Below, piece after piece: positions 12,179 to 23,219 of a stretch of 34,164 bases of DNA (positions within the stretch are counted from its first letter, which is position 1; each line of letters opens with the position of its first letter). A program made the position numbers and the translations under genes. The DNA is from Octopus sinensis (lineage: Eukaryota). Location: NCBI RefSeq assembly GCF_006345805.1, contig NW_021831926.1, forward strand, positions 1 through 34,164, in the 5' to 3' direction. The notes beneath the pieces were generated by a model that saw nothing but the letters and a program-made list of their open reading frames with translations, was not told where the DNA came from and searched no databases.

Positions 12179-12930
12179 CCTCCATATATCTATCTGTCTA
12201 TCTGTCAATCTATCTTTTTTTCTTTTCTTCTTTCTTTTTTTTTTCCTTTCTACGATCCTTTTTGATCGAAAACCTACCCCACTTTTTTTGCCTCCCCAAA
12301 AAGAAAAGCTCTACTTTGTAATTTGTCCCGTCTGTGTCCAGCCCTGTCTGGCTAATAAAGAAACATTTACCTGCCTGTGTGTTTGTATGTCCACCTGTCT
12401 GTCTGTCTGTCTGTCTGTCTATTCGTCTACATATCTTTCTATGTATGTATGTATGTATGTATGTATGTATGTATGTATGTATGTACGTATGTATGTATGT
12501 ATGTGTCTGTCTATCAGTATGTATGTAGGCCTGCATTTATGTATATTTAAGATTCATTTCTATATATATATATATATATATATATCCATGTGTGTATATT
12601 TATATGTGTATAAATGTGTCTGCGTGTGTGTGCTTGAAAAATTTATGATGCGTGTTTGTGTATGTGTGTGCCTCAATCGATACATCTTTGGATGCAAAAT
12701 TGCGCTATCTTAGAATATAAAATATAAATGTCTACACAAATAACAATAAGCCCAAAGAAAAAAAGAGGGAGTAAGAGGGAGAGAGAGAGAGAGAGAGGTG
12801 GTAGACAGGAGAGGGAGAGCTTAATGTATAAATATATATATACGTATATGTGTATATTAGTATGTGTGTATTTGTTTCTCTATGTGTGTGTGTGTGTGCG
12901 TGGCGTGCGTGTGCGTGTGTGTGTGTGTGT

Positions 12931-12963
<33 letters not shown>

Positions 12964-13144
12964 AGTATGCGCATGCGAACGGTTAAGAGAATTAGGATAT
13001 AGATTAGATGAAGACTTATATATTGATGGAAATGTGTGAATATCTGTGATGCTTTGCGCTTTGCATTAAGTGTTTGGGGAGAAAGAGATAGGGAGATAGA
13101 GAGAGAGAGAGAGAAAGAAAAAGAGAGAGAGAGAGCGAAAGAGC

Positions 13145-13188
<44 letters not shown>

Positions 13189-13619
13189 AGTGTGAGAGAA
13201 TGAGAGCGACGTCTGATAACGATCAGTGTAGAAGCTAACTGTAAAAGCAAACCATGTTTGCAAAATATTGTTGAAGACAAGAGAGAAAGAAAAACAGAAT
13301 TAACGAGAAAATTTTTTAGTTATTTGTTATTTAAAAGTTAAACCGAGACAAACTGAAGTCGACATTTTCTTACCTTGAAAAAGCGAATAAGGAAATTCGT
13401 TTAGCATAGAAGACAAAAAAGTGTGAGTTTACTAGCAACAGTTCTAAAACTCAATTTATTCGTAAATAAAGTAGTAATAACAATGATGAAGATGATGATG
13501 ATGACGACAATGACGACGGCTCCACCTCCCACTACCACCATCACCACCAACATTGACGTCGCCATAGCCGCTGTCGCTGTCACCGCTAACCACCACCAAC
13601 ACAGCACTCGTTTTAATCA

Positions 13620-13842
13620 ATTCAGATTTTGGTACAGGGCCACCAGTTTTTCAGTTAGTCGATCACATCTAGGGCTAACCGATTTACTTCGACTTCAGTC
13701 CTCAACTAGTGATTTTTTAAATCGAGCCCGAAAGGATGAACGGCAAAATCGACCTCGGCGGATTTGAACTCAGAACCCAGCTGCAGACGAAATACCGCTA
13801 GGTATTTTGCCCGGCGTGTTAACGGTTTTGCTAGCTGGCGAC
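13620..13842 (-). mobile_element. Diverged SINE family A
   Basis: CCCGAAAGGATGAA..GACCTCGGCGGATTTGAACTCAGAAC body. Confidence 0.8.
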
Positions 13843-13843
13843 C

Positions 13844-13893
<50 letters not shown>

Positions 13894-13895
<2 letters not shown>

Positions 13896-14181
13896 ATGCC
13901 CTGATGCAGTACCAGGCAGTGGTTCTCGTGGCTTCTGATCTTAACAGATTGGAAGTGTTATCATGTACATTGGTTTGTCTTGGTATAAAAGATGGGCTAC
14001 AGCAAATATTCTGCTCAATACCACAGATTTGCTTGTCAGTTGTTTCACCTTAACCAGTTGAGCGTGTCCCCTAGTGGCTGACGATATGTGCATCTGTGAT
14101 CACGAGCAGAAATAGTGGGGGAACATCATAGCCATGTGCTGAGAACAATTCTTTGGGATTTGAATAATTCACCTCTGGAAA
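13894..14181 (-). mobile_element. SINE/LINE-tail-like repeat (family D) with (TTA)n tail at 13844-13893
   Basis: Shares AGCAAATATTCTGCTCAA with about 10677-10694 and a similar motif near 29088-29103; simple-repeat tail. Confidence 0.55.
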
Positions 14182-14183
14182 CA

Positions 14184-14700
14184 GGTCAGGCGGTATTGTA
14201 TGGCAGTATGATTAATGCTATATAAGCATTCGCCACCTCCAACCGAACGTACATAGGTAGCTTTCTCTTGGATCATTTCCGTGTGTGATTGGCCAGCCTG
14301 CTCGTCACCTCGTCCCACTTCTTCTCCCCCTGGAGATCTGGACCAATCGAGAACCCGAGCAATTTAACCGGTCCCTCCGTCCAGCGTCCCACTATGTTAT
14401 TGGACGACATGGATTTGCCTCTCCAGGTGTCGAGCTGTAGGCTCGCTGGTCTTTTCGTGGTTAAGTTTTGCTCCTGTCACCGCTTCGTATCCTTTTAGAG
14501 TAGTGCCAACCAGGTCTATGGGCCTAGTGTTCGATACTATGATAGCGATGTTGTTTCCGTATGCCGATACAGTTCTTCCACGTCCTAGTTCGCTCCAACT
14601 CCCGCAGTAGTCGCTCTAGATCCACTAAATACAGAAGAGACAAGAGCAGACACCCTTGACGAACTGAGCGCAGGATGCTGAATGGTTCCAAAAGGTAACT
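14184..14700 (-). mobile_element. Tx1/L1-clade RT core fragment
   Basis: Minus strand RSVRQGC.., VSAY.., YEAVTGAKLNHEK, WRGKSM..GRWTEGPVKLLG..GPDLQ, EVANAYIA..YRLT; heavily decayed. Confidence 0.8.
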
Positions 14701-14821
14701 CCTCAGAGAAAGCTGTGATCCCTTTATTCAGCTGCACCTTGCTCTCTTTTTACTGAAAACGTTGGCGTGTGTTTTAAGGGAGATTTTGCTGCTATTTCTA
14801 ACAGATCCAGCTCCCTAGCTA

Positions 14822-16109
14822 CGAGGGACGTTCAATAAGTAATGCCTCTGACACATTTGCAGTTGTTTGATCTAGCTGAAATTTTGCAGGTGCAATTATT
14901 TATATCTCTATAGAGTAAGTGACAAATTACAGCTCTGAACTAATTGTGGTTTCTGATTTACAGGTGTTTGAACTGAGTCAAGTGTGAAATGGAGCCTGTT
15001 GAGTGTCGAGCAGTGATCCGGTCTTTGTATTTGAAAGGACGCACACCACGAGAGACTTTTGATGAAATGAAAGTAACTGATGGTGATGATGCCCCATCAT
15101 ATGACCTTGTAAAACGCTGGCATCGTGAATTCAAACATGGTCGGAACTCTGTGGAAACAGCTCCCAGATCTGGTCGCCCCCTTCTGCCATTGATGAGGCA
15201 TCTGTCCGTCAAGTTGAGGCTGCCATTTTGGAAGATCGACGCATAATTATTCGCCAAATAGCCCATGAGGTCAAGATTAGTACCGGGTCTGTGGAAACTA
15301 TCATTCATGATCATTTGCATATGCAAAAGGTGTCTGCCAGATGGATTCCCAGGCTGCTCACGCCTTTCCAGAAGCAATAACGCGTCGAGTGCTCGAGGAT
15401 GAATTTGGAGATGTGCCAAGAAGATGAGTCAAAATTTTTCAATAGACTGATTACACAGGATGAACCCTGGGTCCATCACGATGATCCAGAGACCAAAGCC
15501 CATCAATGCAGTGAAGCACCGTGACTCACCCCCTCCAAAGAAGGCAAGGGTGCAGCCCTCCGCTGGCAAGGTCATGCTCACAGTCTTCTGGACCAGGACG
15601 GAGTAGTGATGACAGATTTCCTGGCAAAGGGTACCACAATTACAGGAGCCTAATATGCTTCACTTTTGAGGAAATTAAGAGAAGTTATCAAAATCAAGAG
15701 GCGGAGCAAGATCAGCAAAGGCATCCTCCTCCTGCAGGACAACGCTCCGGTCCACAACTCGCTTGTCGCCAGATCAGAAGCACAGGCGTATGGCTATGAA
15801 CTCCTCTCCCATCCCCCTACTTTTCTGACCTTGCACCCTCTGATTTTCACCTCTTCCCAGTCATGAAGTTGTTTTTGAAAGGAAAGCGTTTCCCAGATGA
15901 TGCAGCCTTGATTTCTGAAGTCACGTTGAGGTTGGAGGACCAAGCTGGGTTCTTCTACAAAAACGGTCTCCAGAGCTGCATCAAACGATGGTAGAAATGC
16001 GTAACTCTGGGTGGTTCCTATGTAGAAAAAGACTAATAACTGTGCCAAGTTTCGTTGCTCTACTGCTATAGGAAGTGGGTCAGGGGCATTACTTATTGAA
16101 CGCCTCTCG
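14822..16109 (+). mobile_element. Full-length mariner (DD34D) transposon
   Basis: About 35-bp TIRs (CGAGGGACGTTCAATAAGTAATGCCTCTGAC; right end reverse complement CGAGAGGCGTTCAATAAGTAATGCCCCTGAC); TA TSD at 14820-14821 and 16110-16111; 1288 bp. Confidence 0.95.
14989..16036 (+). pseudogene. mariner transposase pseudogene
   Basis: MEPVECRAVI..RSGRP, WIPRLL, TQDEPW, LLQDNAPVH, HPP..DLAPSDF (34 residues between the Ds), GSYVEKD*. Three internal stops and several frameshifts. Confidence 0.92.
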
Positions 16110-16556
16110 TAAGATCTCTTTCCTCTCTCTCTTTGTAGCTCATCCGACACCATATTTACATATATCATTATACTAATTACCTCAGTATTAGTAGAGTGAT
16201 GCAATGCCTTGCATTTTTTGGTAACCTCTCTTGAAGCTCTAAGTTCAATCCCGCTACCGACAGCATTTATTGTCACCCTTATGGGGTCGATGAAGTGAAG
16301 ATACTAGCGATTGCCTATGGATTCCGCTGTACATCGCCATCGCAAACATATCTGCTTTTATCAATATTAAAAATATTTAACAGCTTATCTGTATAGTAAT
16401 ATCATAAATGTTAAAAATAACAGCTTCAAAAGTTTCTCAAATGGTCAGAGTACTTGGTATATTTAGCCTTTAGGAAAAGAAAAAAAATGATAAAAATTCT
16501 GAAAGAAATATAATCGTAGATAGATTCCCTTTTAATTATAATTCGGCTTGATCAGG

Positions 16557-16697
16557 AGCAAGAAGAAGAAGAAGAAGAAGAAGAAGAAGAAGAAGAAGAA
16601 GAAGAAGAAGAAGAAGAAGAAGAAGAGAGGAGGAGGAGGAGGAGGAGGAGGAGAAGAAGAGGAAGAAGAAGAAGAAGGAGGAGGAGGAGGAGGAGGA

Positions 16698-16729
<32 letters not shown>

Positions 16730-16995
16730 AGAAGTAGAAAAAGAAGAGGGAGAAGGAGGAGAAGAAGAGGAAGAAGAAGAAGAAGAAGGAGAAGGAGAAG
16801 AAGGAAAAGGAGAAGGAGAAGAAGAAGAAGGAGAAGGAGAAGGAGATGAAGAGAGAAGAAGAGGAGGGAGGAGAAGAAGAAGAAGAAGAGAGAAGGAGAA
16901 GAAGAAGAAGAAGAAGGAGGAGGAGAAGAAGAAGAAGAAGAAGAAGAAGAAGAAAAACAACAACAACAACAACAACAGCAGCAGCAGCAACAAAA
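16557..16995. repeat. Compound (GAA)/(GGA)/(AAC)/(AGC) trinucleotide tract
   Basis: About 400 nt almost purine-only on the plus strand. Confidence 0.95.
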
Positions 16996-18002
16996 AAGCA
17001 GTCGGTGTATTGACCAAAACGAAAGGACAGGCACTCGAAGTCGTTGGGCAACAGCTATAATGACAGGATGTACAGTGTCCTATGTTAAGCCGAGGAACTT
17101 TATATTATTCGATCTCCCACTTCGGAACTGCGCATAGCAATTTAACACATATTAACTGCGAGAAGCACATTCAATTCCATTCAGCCAAATTGAACACTGG
17201 ATCCTTTTGATGCATGATGACTATTAACTGACGTCAAAGACCATGTGATTACTTCAAAGTGTAGAAAATGTATTTAAAGCGTTATTAATCATTTCGGTTC
17301 CATCCGCTTACGCGTACAATCGTCCAAAGGCCTTTTTAACCAATAGCTTCATTCGCATAACACATAATTCCTTTTACCCAATATATGGATGCGCATATTT
17401 CAGACGCGAGACTTTTAACTCAAGGCTCTATAGTTACTTTTATGTCCTTTTTTATTATCAGAGATTACACAGAAATTATGTATGTGCATAGACACAGAGA
17501 GCCCCCACGGCCACCACCATACCTACATATATAAACATACGTGTTTTGTATAGAAATACTTTGTCTATCATTTGTGAGCACATGTCTGGTGAAACTCTGT
17601 TTCTGTGACTTCGTGTAGGTGGATATCCGTTTGATTGCACGCATCTTAAATCAATTTTCCTAGTCATATTTACCTATTTTCTCTTCTTTATATTTTACTT
17701 CAAGAAAAGTGAGCTAAAAATAAAAGACTTATATATACAAGCGCATACTAATGGAGACATAAAATAAAAATAAGATGATTAAATGAATGAGTTTCAAATC
17801 CTTTGTCTGCGAAAATGACTTTTTTCTTCAAACTTTTCTCGCAAATACACATTTTTAAATGTAATAATAAATTTACTGTGAATGATTTCATGATAGATTA
17901 AATCTGAAGAAGTGATTTACAGACAAAGAAAGGAAATAATAAAAGAAACAAACTATTTTTTTTAAAAAAAGGAAGGTCGTAGATGAATAAATAATGAAAG
18001 AA

Positions 18003-18464
18003 AATATGGCGTCTATTCGCTGTAATAGCAAATTCGGCGTAAAATATGTTTGCATGTGTGACGTACGTCAGCCATTGCTGAGAACGTCAATGACCGGAAG
18101 TGTACTTGTAACTAGAATTGTCGTTCTAATCGCCATTGTGCTTTACTGCAAATCATTCCTGATCCAGCAGAATTATGGCGACTGCAGTTCCAAGCGTCGA
18201 TCTCCATGCTTTCTTTTTATATATTTCCAACCAATGATGTATCAAGTACTACATTATAAACTATGTTCTTCCCTTTCTGAAAAAAAAAAAGGTCTGTTGA
18301 CGGTTTGGGCTTGGATTTTGCTGCTATTTTTAGCAAACCAGCGCCTGTGTAAATGTGCCCGTATCGAGTTACGTTCAGTTGGTGTTGTTCTTATTTCACC
18401 CCCATATTAAAATAGACCTATGAGCAAAAGTGTTCTAACATTTCTCCTCTATATGGGGGCGGAG
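18003..18464. promoter_or_regulatory. Candidate TATA-less promoter motif cluster
   Basis: YY1-like AATATGGCG 18003; palindrome TGACGTACGTCA 18059-18070; ETS ACCGGAAGTG 18093-18102; AACCAATGA 18229; GC box GGGGCGGAG near 18456; locally CpG-rich unique sequence. Confidence 0.3.
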
Positions 18465-18614
18465 GGGAGGAGTGCGGTTTTCGTTTTTCAGATATAATTT
18501 ATATCGGACTACAGAGAAGTTAAAATGTTAAAATGTGAAAAGCAAACAGCGTTGCAGGGAGGAAGTAGGAGGCGCAGTGGAGTTTATGCGTCACGATCTG
18601 AAATGTAAGAGCTT

Positions 18615-18740
18615 TTCTAACCTGATGACGGGGGACTAATTTATCCAATGTTGATTGCTTCCATTACAGCATGTATATTGTGATGAGCTAAATCTACCAA
18701 CATTATGATGGACCTCCGAACCCCAGAAACAGCTGTTGGA
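18615..18740 (+). ncRNA. Solo hammerhead-like motif with long stem II
   Basis: CTGATGA 18622; GGGG..CCCC closing stem; inner AATGTTG/CAACATT; GAAACAGCT 18726; stem I TCTAAC/GTTGGA; cleavage triplet apparently deleted. Confidence 0.5.
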
Positions 18741-18869
18741 CTTCTATCTATCTATCTGTATGTTTGTCTGTTTGTCTGTAGGTCTGTCTGTCTGTGAGCC
18801 TGGGTCTCTGTCTGCCTCTCAGTCCAACTGTATAGATTTCTACATGTGTTTGTGTGTAGGTGGGTGTAT

Positions 18870-19565
18870 CATCGGTTCCAGCTCGTATCCCAGCATTGGG
18901 TTCGTCAAATTCCGTCCAGTCTCCTCGGCTGATGTTCGTGCCGAAAGTGACTTTGGAGTCCAAGTCGCTGGTGAAAGAGTCGTGTGCAGAACTCGCCTGG
19001 GATGGTCGGTGCAGGTCGAGGATGTTGCAGACGCACCTACTTCTCCTGCGTTTTGTCTCCTCATTCTGTAGTCTCCTCCACTCGAAGGAGCTGGCTCCAT
19101 TGCGGATAGCAGACCTCCTGGCTGTCCTATCCATGGCAATCTGTTTCCATGAGGATGGCTGGATGTTAACTTGAGCCAAGTTCCGTTTGAGCTGGTCTTT
19201 AAAACGGAATTCCGGACCACCTCTTGCTCTTGTTCCGATGGCATGATCCACTCCGCCTTCGGCGAACTCAGCCAACGTGTATTCTTCAAGCACGTGCTGA
19301 CCATCCAGACAAAGATCATGGTCTCCGGTGCCATTGTCCTGTCAATTCTACTCTACTCTTGTGAGACTAGGACGTTGTACCACCATGACTTGAATGCTTC
19401 CAGCAATCTAAACTACGACAGATCCTCAACATACAATGGGAAGGTCATGTTACCAAAAACGGGGTTCCGCATCGCGCCTCACTGTCAAGTGTCGAAGTCA
19501 CCATTCTTCACCATCGACTCCACTGGACAGGTTACGTCCAGCGTATGGAGCCCTCTCGTCTCCCA
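18870..19565 (-). mobile_element. 5'-truncated RTE-clade LINE with 5' inversion
   Basis: Minus strand RGGPEFRFKDQLKRNL..WKQIAMDR. Plus strand SAFGELSQRVF..TKIMV..AIVLSILLYSCETRTLY..LRQILNIQWEGHV..RLHWTGYVQRMEPSRLP. TSD AGGTG(G/T)GTGTAT at 18858-18869 and 19566-19577. Confidence 0.88.
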
Positions 19566-19577
19566 AGGTGTGTGTAT

Positions 19578-19928
19578 ACATACATACATACATACATACA
19601 TACATACATACATACATACATAAATACATACATACATACATACATGCATACATACACACATACATGCATACATACATACATGCATGCATACATACACACA
19701 TACACGCATACAAATATATACATACACACATATATATATACATACACATATACATACATACACACGTACATATATGCATATACATACATACATACATACA
19801 TACATACATACATAATACATACATACATACATACATACATACATACATCATACATACATACATACTACATACATACATACAACATACATACATACATACA
19901 TACATACCTACATACATACATACATACA

Positions 19929-19960
<32 letters not shown>

Positions 19961-19975
19961 CACACACATATATAT
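19578..19975. repeat. (CATA)n-rich microsatellite
   Basis: Direct. Confidence 0.95.
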
Positions 19976-20140
19976 ATCTGTGTATCGAATCTATTTGTGT
20001 GTGTGTGTCTATGAGCCAACCTCTCAGTCCAACTATATAGATTTCTACACGTTTGTATGTGTTTGCACGTAGGTGTATACATACATACATTCATACATAC
20101 ATACATACATAGAAACATGCATACACACACACACACACAC

Positions 20141-20171
<31 letters not shown>

Positions 20172-20539
20172 TAGTATGTTGAATCATTAGTAATATTTTA
20201 CTAATTATTAATTATTAGTAATATCATAATAGAAATCCCATGAAATTATAATTTATTAAAAGGGCTAATATAAGGGTGTCAGTAAAAGCGTCACGGTATC
20301 ATGTTTGTCTCTCTTTTGTTTCGTCACCGCTTACAATATTTGACGTCATCGATGCTGAACTGACCTTGAATTGCTATTTGGGCCATTGACAGCCCGCAAA
20401 TGAATATTGATTATCAATGACAATGGTGATCATTATCAATCATTAGTCAGTCTTCTAAAATTTTCCAGGAATGAGAGAAGAGTAAGATGTAGTGTGAAGG
20501 AAAAAATTCGATAATGGATGATATGTAAGTGAATCTGTA

Positions 20540-20606
<67 letters not shown>

Positions 20607-20789
20607 TGTGTGTGCGTGTGTGTGTGCGTGTATGTATGCTTGCATGTATGTAAACGCGTATATATTTGTATGTATGCATATATGTATGTATGTGTATTTG
20701 TATGCATGTATCTATGAGTGTACGTACATATGTATGCACGCACGCATGTGTGTATTTCTCTGTGTGTATGTATATATATATATATATGC

Positions 20790-20918
20790 ACTGGCGAAAA
20801 TAAATTTATGGCAAAAGATTCCCATAGAATTTGTAATCACTTAGCGAATTCAATGCCGAGGCGTTGTTCAGCCGTTATTAAGAATAAAGGCTACGGCACA
20901 AAGTACTATTATGTATTT
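20790..20918 (+). mobile_element. Tc1-like transposase C-terminal fragment
   Basis: WQKIPIE / CNHLANSMPRRCSAVIKNKGYGTKY, the classic Tc1 C-terminus. Confidence 0.75.
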
Positions 20919-21195
20919 CGTTCTTGTTACTAATTTTTGCTACAGTCTTAAGCTTTAAATAAAATTATAATGACACGGTCTTAAACTAATTTTACCGGTA
21001 AATTTGAAACGTTTATATTAATTTAGCATTAGAATTCTTCAAGTTGTATAAAAATAGTTATTGTCTGCCTCATTCGAAAGAGAAATAAATTCTGCATAAG
21101 GTGTAAAAGATGAAAATAATTTGTATGGTGTTAGTAACAAAATATTTTGCAAGAAATAGAACTTTTATCTTCCGTCTTGAATTTATTTTCGCCAG

Positions 21196-21310
<115 letters not shown>

Positions 21311-21449
21311 ATTTAATTGGTTGAGGTGTGTGAACATCATGAAGGGATGGTTTCATCCTAGGAAAAACTGGTTCATACCTAGCAGTTTGGGGAATGAATT
21401 TCCTTAAAGTGATAGGTATATATAAAAACATATAGCTTATATTTATACT

Positions 21450-21811
21450 AAAGAAGAAAAAGAAAATGGAGATTAAGAAGTTAATAATTGTTTATTATTA
21501 ACAGCAAATTGGTCATCTTCACTTACAGCCATTTCTATTAATACTCAGTTAACATTAAATTTATATTTATGCGACATGAGCATAATATCATTTGAGGAAA
21601 AGAGATGTAAATTTGGATGCTACATGTGTGTTTGTGAATTCATTTTAGCATCAATGAGTGCATATTTTTTCTCTAGTGATATTATGTTCATGTAGCATAA
21701 ATGTAATTCTAATGTTTATGGATTATTAATAGAAACGGCTGTAAGTAAAGATGACCAATTTCATGTTAAAAATAAAAATTATTAACTTCTCAATCCCCAA
21801 TTTCTTCTTTT
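21450..21811. repeat. Long imperfect foldback with a hammerhead 3'-half motif
   Basis: Arms about 21450-21602 and 21665-21811 (e.g. AAATTGGTCATCTT / AAGATGACCAATTT); GAAACGGCTGTA at 21732-21743. Confidence 0.75.
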
Positions 21812-22124
21812 AAATGTTTATATAATATATATATATATATGGATTAGTGTTATCATTATTACTAGGTATGTGTGTGTGAGTGTGTGAAACGAACTTATGA
21901 AACCTCGTGTCAGGCTTGCATTCCTCCACCATACATGTACACGCGTACATACATGAATATATATATATACATGATATACATGCATGCTTACACAAGTACA
22001 CACATATACTTACTTGCACAATACACACACACACGTATGTATGCAATGTAGACAAACAATACATATATGTATGAATTAGCGAGTGTATGTTTCTGTATGT
22101 ATATATATTTATTTAATGCATCTT

Positions 22125-22278
22125 CGTGCTTTGAGGACAAATTCTGCCGAATTCCACTTTGCCGTTCATCCTTTCGGGGTCGATGAAATAAGTACCAGTT
22201 GTGGATTGGGGTAAATGTAATCGACTATTCTCCCTCCCCAAATTTCAGGCTTCCTTTCAGGCCTATAGGAGAACTGAT
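22125..22278 (+). mobile_element. Truncated SINE family A running into (ATT)n
   Basis: TTCATCCTTTCGGGGTCGATGAAATAAGTACCAG body. Confidence 0.75.
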
Positions 22279-22607
22279 TATTATTATATTATTATATTAT
22301 TATTATCATTATTATTATTATTATTATTATTTTATTATTATTATCTTATTATTATTATTATTATTATTATTATGTATATTATTGTTTTATTATTGTTATT
22401 ATTATTGTTATTATTATTATTATTATTGTTATTATTATTATTTTATTATTGTTATATTATTGTTATTATTATTATATTATTATGGTTCTTATTATTATTA
22501 TATTATTGTTATTATTATTATTGTTATTATTATTATTATATTATTGTTATCATTATTATTGTTATTATTATTATTTTATTATTATTATTGTTATTGTATT
22601 ATTATTA

Positions 22608-22657
<50 letters not shown>

Positions 22658-22757
22658 GTTTTATTATATGTTATTATTATTATTATATTCTATTATTATA
22701 TTATTATTGTTATTGTTATTATTATTTTCATTATTATTATTATTATTATTGTTATCA

Positions 22758-22798
<41 letters not shown>

Positions 22799-22812
22799 CA
22801 TTATTATTATTA

Positions 22813-22851
<39 letters not shown>
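22276..22851. repeat. Degenerate (ATT)n, about 575 bp
   Basis: Direct; source of the I/L/Y-rich pseudo-ORFs. Confidence 0.95.
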
Positions 22852-22852
<1 letters not shown>

Positions 22853-23219
22853 TTGTGGTAACCAAAAAGTCAATTTTACCATGAAAAACAAACACGACAA
22901 GGAGTTAATGAACTACATAGAAAAAATATCACACATTCTATACCAACAAAAGTGGAGGAATTTGAAAAATCCACCCCCCAAAACACATAAATTAGAGGCT
23001 AATAAAAATATGAAGTCGAATTGATTACAATCTTTTGAACAACTTCCGGTATGAGACTATAGGGGATTTTTCAGATAATCAATAAATAAAACTCTATTAG
23101 AAGCGTCTTTCAACGGACACACACTTCAAAAGGACATGGGCCATCCCCCACCCCCACTCGAAGTGAATCGAGAAGACATAGGTGATTAAGTTTTCCCTTT
23201 ATTTTTTCTCCAATAAATA

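Noticed and set aside
11509-12321. 270-aa ORF as a functional RT
   Set aside because: Tx1 fragment kept open by compensating indels; lacks the catalytic YADD region and ends in microsatellite.
16532-17060. 160-171 aa ORFs (poly-K/E/G/S/L)
   Set aside because: Open in several frames on both strands only because GAA/GGA repeats lack stops.
17994-18410. 138-aa ORF in unique sequence
   Set aside because: No recognisable domain; spans a poly-A run and a SINE-like fragment; length is plausible by chance.
19436-20187. Long HTYI/MYVC ORFs (and many similar ones across the window)
   Set aside because: Translations of (CATA)n, (CA)n and (TA)n microsatellites.
22199-23024. 191-227 aa I/L/Y-rich membrane-like ORFs
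   Set aside because: Translations of (ATT)n.
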